From sequence record PZ534512.1: DNA of 64,000 nucleotides. One strand, 5' to 3'. The first letter of the stretch is position 1. Every line of letters starts with the position of its first letter. The notes beneath the pieces were generated by a model. It did not search any database. It was not told the DNA's origin and worked only from the letters and a program-made list of their open reading frames with translations. This stretch comes from a phage. Below, in pieces: positions 48,007-56,316 of the stretch. The translations under genes were made by a program, and so were the position numbers.

Positions 48007-48845
48007 TTCAATTCGTAATTCCGAGCTATCAACGTGTAGGGGCAGTTTCTGCCCTTGATATGTTTCCGACTGATTATGAACCTCATATCGTAGTACGTGA
48101 ACATGAAGAAAAAGCTTATTATGACGCCTATGGGTCTAGAGCTAAAATTATAACTATTCCTGATGATGTAAACGGAATTGCCGGTACTCGTAAAGCAATT
48201 ACTGATATGTATGCAGGTCAACGAATCTGGATGATTGACGATGATACTACTATTCGTATGAGTTCAATGCGAAAAAGAGATGATCGTCGTTGCGTAGATA
48301 AAGTCAATCAATTGACTCGTGAACAGTTCTATGAATTGATTCAATATGTTGAGGATGCCATGGATTGTGGGTATTATCATGGCCATGCTCGTCTACCTAT
48401 TTTTAAAATTACTTCATCTTGGGGTAATTATCGTGAAAATTCATATGGATTCACGAATACATGGTATGACCTTGGAAAACTTACTACAGAACAAATTGGG
48501 TATGGAAAAATTGATTTATGCGAAGATATGTATGCATTTCTCAATTTAATTAATCAAGGTTATCCGCATTTGGCCTTGTTCAAATATCTGGTTGTATCTG
48601 GAAAAGCACAAGCTCCTGGCGGGTGCAGTTCAATTCGTAGTAATTCTAAACATAATAGAGCGCTTGAGCAAATCAATATAGAGTTTCCAGAGCAAGCTCG
48701 TTGGAAAACTTCTAATATTGAAAAACGAAAATCGTTGGGTGAAGAAGACGAGCCATTAAAGGTTCTTCGCATGTGTGTTTCGCGCAAAGAAAAATCAGAA
48801 GCATTTCATAAGTTTAATGCTATTCATCCGATAGCAGTTGATTAA
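48003..48845 (+). CDS. GT-A fold glycosyltransferase (DxD), candidate second-glucose (beta-alpha) glucosyltransferase
   Basis: 280 aa; WMIDDDTT DxD motif; occupies the T4 beta-gt locus but is unlike T4 beta-gt. Confidence 0.55.
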   Translation: MIQFVIPSYQRVGAVSALDMFPTDYEPHIVVREHEEKAYYDAYGSRAKIITIPDDVNGIAGTRKAITDMYAGQRIWMIDDDTTIRMSSMRKRDDRRCVDKVNQLTREQFYELIQYVEDAMDCGYYHGHARLPIFKITSSWGNYRENSYGFTNTWYDLGKLTTEQIGYGKIDLCEDMYAFLNLINQGYPHLALFKYLVVSGKAQAPGGCSSIRSNSKHNRALEQINIEFPEQARWKTSNIEKRKSLGEEDEPLKVLRMCVSRKEKSEAFHKFNAIHPIAVD

Positions 48846-48923
48846 TGCCTAAATTTATTGTGTTATAATTACTCTATCTTTAACCAGTGAGGAAAATATA
48901 ATGATGCCTATGGAAAAAAATGA

Positions 48924-50105
48924 ATGTCTATTGCAGATTTAAAATCCCGTTTGATTAAAGCTTCCACTTCTAAAATGACTGCTGAACTGACTACATCTAA
49001 GTTCTTTAATGAAAAGGATGTAATCCGTACAAAAATCCCAATGCTTAATATTGCTATTTCTGGTGCGATTGATGGCGGTATGCAGTCTGGTTTAACTATT
49101 TTCGCAGGGCCTTCTAAACACTTTAAATCAAATATGTCTTTGACTATGGTTGCGGCATATTTGAACAAATATCCTGACGCGGTTTGTCTATTCTATGATA
49201 GCGAATTTGGTATTACTCCAGCTTATTTGCGATCCATGGGAGTTGACCCGGAACGAGTAATTCATACGCCAATCCAGTCAGTTGAACAGCTGAAAATTGA
49301 TATGGTGAACCAGCTTGAAGCTATTGAGCGCGGTGAAAAGGTTATTGTATTCATCGACTCAATTGGTAATATGGCTTCTAAGAAAGAAACGGAAGACGCC
49401 TTGAATGAAAAATCTGTGGCAGATATGACTCGTGCTAAATCACTGAAGTCATTATTCCGTATTGTTACTCCTTATTTTAGCATTAAAAATATTCCATGTG
49501 TTGCGGTTAACCATACAATTGAAACAATTGAAATGTTTAGTAAAACCGTGATGACAGGTGGTACAGGCGTAATGTATTCGGCTGATACTGTATTCATTAT
49601 CGGTAAACGTCAGATTAAAGATGGTTCTGATCTTCAAGGGTATCAATTTGTTCTAAATGTAGAAAAATCTCGTACCGTTAAAGAAAAAAGTAAATTCTTT
49701 ATTGATGTTAAATTTGACGGTGGTATCGATCCTTATTCTGGATTGTTAGATATGGCTCTAGAATTAGGATTTGTAGTAAAACCTAAGAATGGTTGGTATG
49801 CTCGTGAATTTCTTGACGAAGAAACCGGCGAGATGATTCGCGAAGAAAAATCTTGGCGTGCAAAAGATACCAACTGCACTACATTCTGGGGTCCTTTATT
49901 TAAGCATCAACCATTCCGAGATGCTATTAAACGTGCTTATCAGTTAGGTGCTATTGATAGTAATGAAATTGTTGAAGCTGAAGTTGATGAATTGATTAAC
50001 TCAAAGGTTGAAAAATTTAAATCTCCAGAAAGTAAAAGTAAATCAGCTGCTGATTTAGAAACTGACCTCGAACAGTTAAGTGATATGGAAGAATTTAATG
50101 AATAA
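48924..50105 (+). CDS. uvsX: RecA-like recombinase UvsX
   Basis: 393 aa; Walker A GPSKHFKS; near-identical to T4 UvsX as I recall it. Confidence 0.95.
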   Translation: MSIADLKSRLIKASTSKMTAELTTSKFFNEKDVIRTKIPMLNIAISGAIDGGMQSGLTIFAGPSKHFKSNMSLTMVAAYLNKYPDAVCLFYDSEFGITPAYLRSMGVDPERVIHTPIQSVEQLKIDMVNQLEAIERGEKVIVFIDSIGNMASKKETEDALNEKSVADMTRAKSLKSLFRIVTPYFSIKNIPCVAVNHTIETIEMFSKTVMTGGTGVMYSADTVFIIGKRQIKDGSDLQGYQFVLNVEKSRTVKEKSKFFIDVKFDGGIDPYSGLLDMALELGFVVKPKNGWYAREFLDEETGEMIREEKSWRAKDTNCTTFWGPLFKHQPFRDAIKRAYQLGAIDSNEIVEAEVDELINSKVEKFKSPESKSKSAADLETDLEQLSDMEEFNE

Positions 50106-50442
50106 AGATGATTTAGATTTAGATCTAGAAATTATCGATGAATCCCCCTCTTCGGAGGGGGAAGAAGAAAGAAAAAAACGTCTTTTTAATGAGTCTCTTA
50201 AGATAATTAAATCTGCTATGGAAAATGTTATCCAGGAGATTGTCATTAAACTAGAAGATGGTTCTACGCATATAGTGTATGTAACTAAACTGGATTGGGT
50301 TGATGGAAAGGTTGTAATGGACTTTGCTGTTCTTGACCAAGAAAGAAAAGCTGAGTTAGCTCCTCATGTAGAAAAATGTATTACAATGCAACTGCAAGAT
50401 GCATTTAATAAAAGGTCAAAGAAAAAATTTAAATTCTTTTAA
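50080..50442 (+). CDS. 40: gp40-position protein (120 aa)
   Basis: between uvsX and 41 as in T4; acidic N-terminus. Confidence 0.6.
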   Translation: MIWKNLMNKDDLDLDLEIIDESPSSEGEEERKKRLFNESLKIIKSAMENVIQEIVIKLEDGSTHIVYVTKLDWVDGKVVMDFAVLDQERKAELAPHVEKCITMQLQDAFNKRSKKKFKFF

Positions 50443-50451
50443 GGAGTAAGT

Positions 50452-51879
50452 GTGGTAGAAATTATTCTTTCTCATCTCATATTTGATCAAGCTTATTTTT
50501 CAAAAGTTTGGCCATATATGGATTCAGAATATTTTGAAAGTGGTCCAGCTAAAAATACATTCAAATTAATTAAATCTCATGTCAATGAATATCATAGCGT
50601 TCCATCTATTAATGCGTTAAATGTTGCATTAGAAAATAGTTCATTTACTGAAACAGAATATTCTGGTGTAAAAACACTTATTTCAAAACTGGCTGATTCT
50701 CCGGAAGACCACAGTTGGTTAATAAAAGAAACAGAAAAATATGTTCAGCAAAGGGCGATGTTTAATGCTACGTCTAAAATAATCGAAATTCAAACTAATG
50801 CTGAACTTCCTCCGGAAAAACGAAATAAGAAAATGCCGGATGTTGGTGCTATTCCTGACATCATGCGCCAAGCATTATCAATTTCATTTGATAGTTACGT
50901 TGGTCATGATTGGATGGATGACTACGAAGCACGTTGGCTATCTTATATGAATAAAGCTCGTAAGGTTCCATTTAAACTCAGAATTCTGAACAAAATTACT
51001 AAAGGCGGAGCTGAGACTGGAACACTGAACGTTTTAATGGCTGGCGTTAACGTTGGTAAGTCATTAGGATTGTGTTCATTGGCAGCAGATTATTTGCAGC
51101 TCGGACATAATGTTCTTTACATTTCCATGGAAATGGCAGAAGAAGTCTGTGCTAAGCGTATTGACGCTAACATGCTTGATGTTTCTCTTGATGACATTGA
51201 TGATGGGCATATTTCTTACGCTGAATATAAAGGAAAAATGGAAAAATGGCGTGAGAAATCTACCCTTGGTCGTTTAATCGTTAAACAGTATCCTACTGGT
51301 GGAGCAGACGCTAACACATTCAGGTCTCTCTTGAATGAATTGAAGCTCAAGAAGAATTTTGTTCCAACAATCATTATTGTCGACTATCTAGGTATTTGTA
51401 AATCTTGCCGCATCAGAGTTTATTCAGAAAATAGTTACACAACTGTTAAAGCTATTGCAGAGGAATTGCGTGCTCTGGCTGTTGAAACCGAAACTGTTCT
51501 TTGGACTGCAGCACAGGTCAGTAAACAAGCTTGGGACTCTTCCGATGTTAACATGAGCGATATTGCAGAATCTGCTGGTCTTCCAGCAACAGCTGATTTT
51601 ATGCTTGCGGTCATTGAAACCGAGGAGCTAGCAGCTGCTGAACAACAACTCATTAAGCAAATCAAATCACGATATGGCGATAAGAATAAGTGGAATAAGT
51701 TTTTAATGGGTGTTCAAAAGGGAAATCAGAAATGGGTAGAAATTGAACAAGATTCTACTCCAACTGAAGTGAGTGAAGTAGCAGGTTCACAACAGATTCA
51801 GGCTGAACAGAATCGCTATCAAAGAAACGAATCAACTCGAGCTCAGTTAGATGCTTTGGCAAATGAATTAAAATTTTAG
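50452..51879 (+). CDS. 41: replicative DNA helicase gp41 (DnaB family)
   Basis: 475 aa; Walker A GVNVGKS; GTG start after AAGGAG RBS. Confidence 0.95.
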   Translation: MVEIILSHLIFDQAYFSKVWPYMDSEYFESGPAKNTFKLIKSHVNEYHSVPSINALNVALENSSFTETEYSGVKTLISKLADSPEDHSWLIKETEKYVQQRAMFNATSKIIEIQTNAELPPEKRNKKMPDVGAIPDIMRQALSISFDSYVGHDWMDDYEARWLSYMNKARKVPFKLRILNKITKGGAETGTLNVLMAGVNVGKSLGLCSLAADYLQLGHNVLYISMEMAEEVCAKRIDANMLDVSLDDIDDGHISYAEYKGKMEKWREKSTLGRLIVKQYPTGGADANTFRSLLNELKLKKNFVPTIIIVDYLGICKSCRIRVYSENSYTTVKAIAEELRALAVETETVLWTAAQVSKQAWDSSDVNMSDIAESAGLPATADFMLAVIETEELAAAEQQLIKQIKSRYGDKNKWNKFLMGVQKGNQKWVEIEQDSTPTEVSEVAGSQQIQAEQNRYQRNESTRAQLDALANELKF

Positions 51880-51908
51880 TTTACAAGCTGACAAGACTAT
51901 GGTATAGT
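51879..51908 (+). promoter_or_regulatory. T4-type early promoter
   Basis: GTTTAC-N18-TATAGT overlapping gene 41 stop. Confidence 0.65.
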
Positions 51909-51937
51909 AGTCTTGTTGGTTAAATGAGGAGATTGTT

Positions 51938-52120
51938 ATGGAATTGGTAAAGGTAGTTTTTATGGGGTGGTTTAAGAATGAAAGCATGTTTACTAAAGAA
52001 ATCACAATGATGAAAGATGACGTTCAATGGGCTACTACTCAATATGCTGAAGTTAATAAAGCATTAGTTGAAGCTTTCATTGATGACAAGAAAGTGTGCG
52101 AAGTGGATTGCCGAGGATAA
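51938..52120 (+). CDS. dmd: Dmd antitoxin (inhibitor of RnlA/LsoA)
   Basis: 60 aa; immediately downstream of gene 41 as in T4. Confidence 0.8.
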   Translation: MELVKVVFMGWFKNESMFTKEITMMKDDVQWATTQYAEVNKALVEAFIDDKKVCEVDCRG

Positions 52121-52121
52121 T

Positions 52122-52379
52122 ATGCATATTGTTTTATTTAAACCTACTCCGTATAACGTCAGGAAAAATACTCAATTCAAAGCACTTATTGCAGATACGT
52201 GGGAATTGGTGTTAGATATTCCAGCAGAAGAAAGTCCTCCATTTGGTCGAGTGGAATTTATTAAGTTTGCTGTACGTCCTACGAAGAGGCAGATTCGTCA
52301 GTATAAAAGGTATTTTCGTAAAATCGTTAAGCTAGAGAAACAGTTTGTAACATGTGATTACGCAGAAGTTTTAAAATAG
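52122..52379 (+). CDS. basic RNA-binding-like protein at the T4 61.4 position (TifA-like candidate)
   Basis: 85 aa from ATG after GAGGATAAT RBS; K/R-rich RQIRQYKRYFRKIVK. Confidence 0.4.
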   Translation: MHIVLFKPTPYNVRKNTQFKALIADTWELVLDIPAEESPPFGRVEFIKFAVRPTKRQIRQYKRYFRKIVKLEKQFVTCDYAEVLK

Positions 52380-52381
52380 CT

Positions 52382-52411
52382 GTTTACTTTTGTTGGAAAT
52401 TGAGATACTAT
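52382..52411 (+). promoter_or_regulatory. T4-type early promoter
   Basis: GTTTAC-N18-TACTAT then ctactgaggagattatcATG. Confidence 0.65.
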
Positions 52412-52439
52412 ATAAACATAAACTACTGAGGAGATTATC

Positions 52440-52733
52440 ATGAAAAAATTTATTTTTGCTACAATTTTTACTTTGGCTTCTTGTGCTGCTCAGCCTGCTA
52501 TGGCAGGATATGATAAAGATTTGTGCGAATGGTCTATGACTGCAGATCAGACTGAAGTTGAAACTCAAATTGAAGCGGATATTATGAATATCGTTGAGCG
52601 CGATCGTCCTGAAATGAAAGCTGAAGTGCAAAAACAGCTTAAGTCTGGTGGTGTAATGCAGTATAATTATGTTCTGTATTGTGATAAAAACTTTAATAAT
52701 AAAAATATCATCGCTGAAGTGGTAGGTGAATAA
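52440..52733 (+). CDS. sp: periplasmic protein Spackle-like
   Basis: 97 aa; signal peptide with LASC lipobox-like site. Confidence 0.6.
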   Translation: MKKFIFATIFTLASCAAQPAMAGYDKDLCEWSMTADQTEVETQIEADIMNIVERDRPEMKAEVQKQLKSGGVMQYNYVLYCDKNFNNKNIIAEVVGE

Positions 52734-53347
52734 TGCTTTATCAAATGCACAAGTGTAAAGACACGTACAAATATAAAGGTGCCCAGTGTTATATCATTAA
52801 TCGTGAAAACGCAGGTCCAGGTCATTCGCATCAATCACGGTTTGTATTCGTTAAAAATAATGAAATTATAGCAGTTGCTAATTATATGTTTGTGACCAAT
52901 GATGTTAATCCGGTGCCTTTCACGTATGACAATCTAATGGACTTGGCATATGATTATAATTGGTTTAATCATGACAATTTAGTTCATATTGAAGGCGTAG
53001 GATTTGACATCTCTTATTCTAGTTATTCGTTGTGCCCTATGAGCCGAGCTCATAAAGAGCCTGAATATTTTTCATTTCGTCGGCGTGTAGACTTTAAACG
53101 CAGCACAGAGTATGTCGGTGGAATATTTGTTAAAGATAATCGAATTACTCGCATTATTTATCCTTTGGGCTGTGGTCAAAAAGATATTGATGTTGATTTA
53201 GACTTCACTGAAAATATCATTAATCATATTGCTTCTGTGTATTTTGATATTGATCATAAAATTGTAATATGTGGATATGAATTGCCATCCGAAAAACAGT
53301 CTAAAGTAAATGTTTCTATTGATGACCAAATTTTAATGCTTTTATGA
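52733..53347 (+). CDS. hypothetical protein (204 aa; T4 61.2 position, AdfA-like candidate)
   Basis: TAATG coupling; positional assignment only. Confidence 0.4.
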   Translation: MLYQMHKCKDTYKYKGAQCYIINRENAGPGHSHQSRFVFVKNNEIIAVANYMFVTNDVNPVPFTYDNLMDLAYDYNWFNHDNLVHIEGVGFDISYSSYSLCPMSRAHKEPEYFSFRRRVDFKRSTEYVGGIFVKDNRITRIIYPLGCGQKDIDVDLDFTENIINHIASVYFDIDHKIVICGYELPSEKQSKVNVSIDDQILMLL

Positions 53348-53362
53348 ATAGAGATTAATATG
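53318..53362 (+). repeat. direct repeat copy 1 (gene-junction cassette)
   Basis: attgatgaccaaattttaatgcttttatgaatagagattaatatg. Confidence 0.85.
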
Positions 53363-53716
53363 TATAGTTCTGAATTTTCATATTTAAAAATGGAAAAAAT
53401 TTCATACGATTTCATAGATGAAAAGGTTTATTACAGTTTCCATGAACCACGTTTTAATAGTGAGGTTGGGTTTATTGTAGTAAAAGACAATTTTATTTTA
53501 AAAATATATTCAGCATTAAAGGATTTTCATTACGAAAATATTAACCTAAAATTTAATAAAGAAAACGTTCGTAATTGCGCAGTAACAATTACAGGAAATA
53601 AAGGTACATGTGTTATGCTATCCGATGAAATTAATGATTTGCTAAATGATGCAGAAAATATTACTGCGCCATCTATTGATGACCAAATTTTTAATGCTTT
53701 TATGAATAGAGGTTAA
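53360..53716 (+). CDS. hypothetical protein (118 aa)
   Basis: start and C-terminal coding both lie inside the direct repeats. Confidence 0.5.
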   Translation: MYSSEFSYLKMEKISYDFIDEKVYYSFHEPRFNSEVGFIVVKDNFILKIYSALKDFHYENINLKFNKENVRNCAVTITGNKGTCVMLSDEINDLLNDAENITAPSIDDQIFNAFMNRG

Positions 53717-53720
53717 TATG
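53675..53720 (+). repeat. direct repeat copy 2 (gene-junction cassette)
   Basis: attgatgaccaaatttttaatgcttttatgaatagaggttaatatg; one extra T and one A/G change versus copy 1. Confidence 0.85.
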
Positions 53721-53882
53721 AAAACATATAAAGAATTTATTAAAGAAGATATGGTTGCTGGAGATTCAGGTGGTAATCCTGAAAATATCTCTACTGGAAC
53801 AACATCAGGTGCTGTAGTAAATAAAGGTCCTGAACAGATTCCTAAAAAGAAAAAAGAGGAATCTAAAGAAAAAGAAGAGTAA
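53718..53882 (+). CDS. 54-aa CTS-bearing peptide (candidate packaged internal peptide)
   Basis: N-terminus MKTYKEFIKE then Gly/Lys/Glu-rich tail; GAGG RBS; coupled on both sides. Confidence 0.5.
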   Translation: MKTYKEFIKEDMVAGDSGGNPENISTGTTSGAVVNKGPEQIPKKKKEESKEKEE

Positions 53883-53884
53883 AA

Positions 53885-54913
53885 ATGTCATCAATACCTT
53901 GGATTGATAATGAGTTTGCGTATCGTGCATTGGCTCATTTACCTAAATTCACACAAGTAAATAATAGTTCAACTTTTAAATTACGGTTTAGATGCCCTGT
54001 TTGCGGAGATTCAAAAACCGACCAAAATAAAGCCCGTGGATGGTATTATGGTGATAATAATGAAGGAAATATTCATTGTTATAACTGTAACTATCATGCA
54101 CCAATCGGAATATATTTAAAGGAGTTTGAACCTGATTTATATCGTGAGTATATCTTTGAAATAAGAAAAGAAAAAGGTAAAAGTCGTCCAGTAGAAAAAC
54201 CTAAAGAACTTCCTAAACAACCTGAGAAGAAAATAATTAAATCTCTTCCGTCATGTGTTAGATTAGATAAACTGGCGGAAGACCATCCAATTATAAAATA
54301 TGTAAAAGCTCGTTGTATTCCAAAGGATAAATGGAAATATCTTTGGTTTACAACCGAATGGCCTAAATTAGTTAATAGCATAGCACCGGGAACATATAAA
54401 AAGGAAATACCTGAGCCTCGTCTTGTTATTCCAATTTATAATGCTAATGGAAAAGCTGAGTCTTTTCAAGGACGTGCATTAAAGAAAGATGCTCCCCAAA
54501 AATATATCACTATCAAAGCTTATCCTGAAGCAACAAAAATCTATGGAGTCGAACGAGTTAAAGATGGTGATGTATATGTTCTAGAAGGACCTATAGATTC
54601 ACTTTTTATTGAAAATGGTATAGCTATTACAGGTGGTCAATTAGACCTAGAAGTTGTTCCATTTAAAGATAGACGTGTGTGGGTTTTAGATAATGAACCT
54701 CGTCACCCTGACACTATTAAACGAATGACTAAATTAGTTGATGCAGGAGAAAGGGTTATGTTTTGGGATAAATCTCCCTGGAAATCAAAAGATGTTAATG
54801 ATATGATTAGAAAGGAAGGTGCAACCCCTGAACAAATTATGGAATATATGAAAAATAATATTGCCCAGGGGTTGATGGCTAAAATGCGGCTATCTAAATA
54901 TGCTAAGATTTAA
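53885..54913 (+). CDS. 61: DNA primase gp61
   Basis: 342 aa; N-terminal zinc ribbon CPVCGDS...CYNC; TOPRIM region. Confidence 0.93.
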   Translation: MSSIPWIDNEFAYRALAHLPKFTQVNNSSTFKLRFRCPVCGDSKTDQNKARGWYYGDNNEGNIHCYNCNYHAPIGIYLKEFEPDLYREYIFEIRKEKGKSRPVEKPKELPKQPEKKIIKSLPSCVRLDKLAEDHPIIKYVKARCIPKDKWKYLWFTTEWPKLVNSIAPGTYKKEIPEPRLVIPIYNANGKAESFQGRALKKDAPQKYITIKAYPEATKIYGVERVKDGDVYVLEGPIDSLFIENGIAITGGQLDLEVVPFKDRRVWVLDNEPRHPDTIKRMTKLVDAGERVMFWDKSPWKSKDVNDMIRKEGATPEQIMEYMKNNIAQGLMAKMRLSKYAKI

Positions 54914-55110
54914 ATTAACCCAACTAAAGCAAATGCTAAATCTACGAATGTATCAAGAGTAACTACTGGAATATTAATACCATGTGCAATTGCAACAGGT
55001 GATAAAATAAAGTTCCAGAGTAAAATTCCTACCATAGCAGAAATAGTAAAAGCTATACGCTTTTTATTACCTTTTATGGCATTAATAAGTGCCATTAATT
55101 TTTGTACCAT
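54910..55110 (-). CDS. antisense small membrane protein (66 aa)
   Basis: only intergenic minus-strand ORF; AAGGAGG 4 nt upstream of ATG; two hydrophobic helices; stop overlaps gene 61 stop. Confidence 0.5.
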   Translation of the reverse strand: MVQKLMALINAIKGNKKRIAFTISAMVGILLWNFILSPVAIAHGINIPVVTLDTFVDLAFALVGLI

Positions 55111-55122
55111 ATGTCCTCCTTA

Positions 55123-55147
55123 TTGCTTTATATATTTATTGTATAAT
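55123..55147 (+). promoter_or_regulatory. MotA-dependent middle promoter candidate for gene 56
   Basis: MotA box TTGCTTTA, 11 nt spacer, -10 TATAAT. Confidence 0.55.
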
Positions 55148-55181
55148 TAATCTACTAACCCATGAATTGAAAGGAAAAATA

Positions 55182-55700
55182 ATGGCTTACTTTAATGAAT
55201 GTAGTCAACTGATTGAAGGCGCTGATAAAGCTCAAAATGAATACTGGGATATTCTCGGTGATGAAAAAGACCCGCTGCAAGTTATGCTTGATATGCAGAA
55301 ATCTCTGCAGGTTCGTTTAGCTAAAGATAAACCTGAATATAATCGTCATCCTGATGACTTGGCTACTGCAGGCGAAGTTGTTGATTGGCTGCGCAATCAG
55401 AAAGATTATATTGATGATGAATTCCGCGAACTTCTGACTTCTCTTGGTGGTATGAGCAATGGCGAAAAAGATGCGTCTGCTGTATGGAAACCTTGGAAGT
55501 CACAGCATGGTGAACGCCGTGAAACTTTAATTACTGATTTGTCTCCACAAGACCAGTTGGAAATTAAATTCGAAATGATTGATATTCTTCATTTCGTTCT
55601 GAACATGTTCCAAGGTCTCGGTCTTACGGCTGAAGAAATCTTTAAACTTTATTATCTGAAAAATGCTGAAAATTTCGCTCGTCAAGACCGAGGTTATTAA
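55182..55700 (+). CDS. 56: dCTP pyrophosphatase gp56 (MazG-like)
   Basis: 172 aa from MAYFNECSQ; AAGGAAAAATA RBS. Confidence 0.85.
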   Translation: MAYFNECSQLIEGADKAQNEYWDILGDEKDPLQVMLDMQKSLQVRLAKDKPEYNRHPDDLATAGEVVDWLRNQKDYIDDEFRELLTSLGGMSNGEKDASAVWKPWKSQHGERRETLITDLSPQDQLEIKFEMIDILHFVLNMFQGLGLTAEEIFKLYYLKNAENFARQDRGY

Positions 55701-55730
55701 TAGCTCGTCTTAAAAGCCGTGAGAATTTAT

Positions 55731-55738
55731 TATAAATA
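55731..55738 (+). promoter_or_regulatory. T4 late promoter TATAAATA
   Basis: exact motif ~30 nt upstream of soc. Confidence 0.6.
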
Positions 55739-55768
55739 ATCATGTAATTTAAATAAAAGGAGAATTAC

Positions 55769-56014
55769 ATGGCTAGTACTCGCGGTTATGTTAATATCAA
55801 AACATTTGAGCAGAAATTAGATGGAAATAAGAAAATTGAAGGAAAGGAAATTTCTGTAGCTTTCCCTCTTTATTCTGACGTTCACAAAATTTCTGGTGCT
55901 CATTACCAGACATTCCCTTCAGAAAAAGCAGCATATTCTACAGTATATGAAGAAAATCAACGTGATGCATGGATTACTGCAAACGAAGATTTGTGGAAAG
56001 TAACTGGTGAATAA
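55769..56014 (+). CDS. soc: small outer capsid protein Soc
   Basis: 81 aa MASTRGYVNIKTFEQKLDGNKKIEGKEISVAFPLYSDVHK; near-identical to T4 Soc. Confidence 0.92.
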   Translation: MASTRGYVNIKTFEQKLDGNKKIEGKEISVAFPLYSDVHKISGAHYQTFPSEKAAYSTVYEENQRDAWITANEDLWKVTGE

Positions 56015-56019
56015 ATTCA

Positions 56020-56044
56020 AGGACTCCTTCGGGAGTCCTTTTTC
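56020..56044 (+). terminator. UUCG-loop hairpin terminator
   Basis: aggactcc-ttcg-ggagtcct then tttt. Confidence 0.75.
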
Positions 56045-56053
56045 ATTTTACCG

Positions 56054-56083
56054 GTTTACTTTCCACAATGAGTATGGTATAAT
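56054..56083 (+). promoter_or_regulatory. T4-type early promoter
   Basis: GTTTAC-N18-TATAAT. Confidence 0.65.
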
Positions 56084-56109
56084 AGAATTATCTTATAGAG
56101 GAGAGCACT

Positions 56110-56316
56110 ATGTTAAATCGCTGGATTAAACCAAATGAAGATTTAGATATTATCATTTCACGGCATGTAATGAAAAAATATGAACTACAGCCATGGTCTA
56201 CAGAAGTTGTTGTGCATTCATTTATGATGTATGCAGATGGTTCTGTCGAATTTAATGCAGAGATTCGATATGATTATGGCGAAAAGCAAGTCGAATTCAA
56301 AAGAGGCTTTTTGTAA
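56110..56316 (+). CDS. hypothetical protein (68 aa)
   Basis: GAGGAGAGCAC RBS. Confidence 0.5.
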   Translation: MLNRWIKPNEDLDIIISRHVMKKYELQPWSTEVVVHSFMMYADGSVEFNAEIRYDYGEKQVEFKRGFL

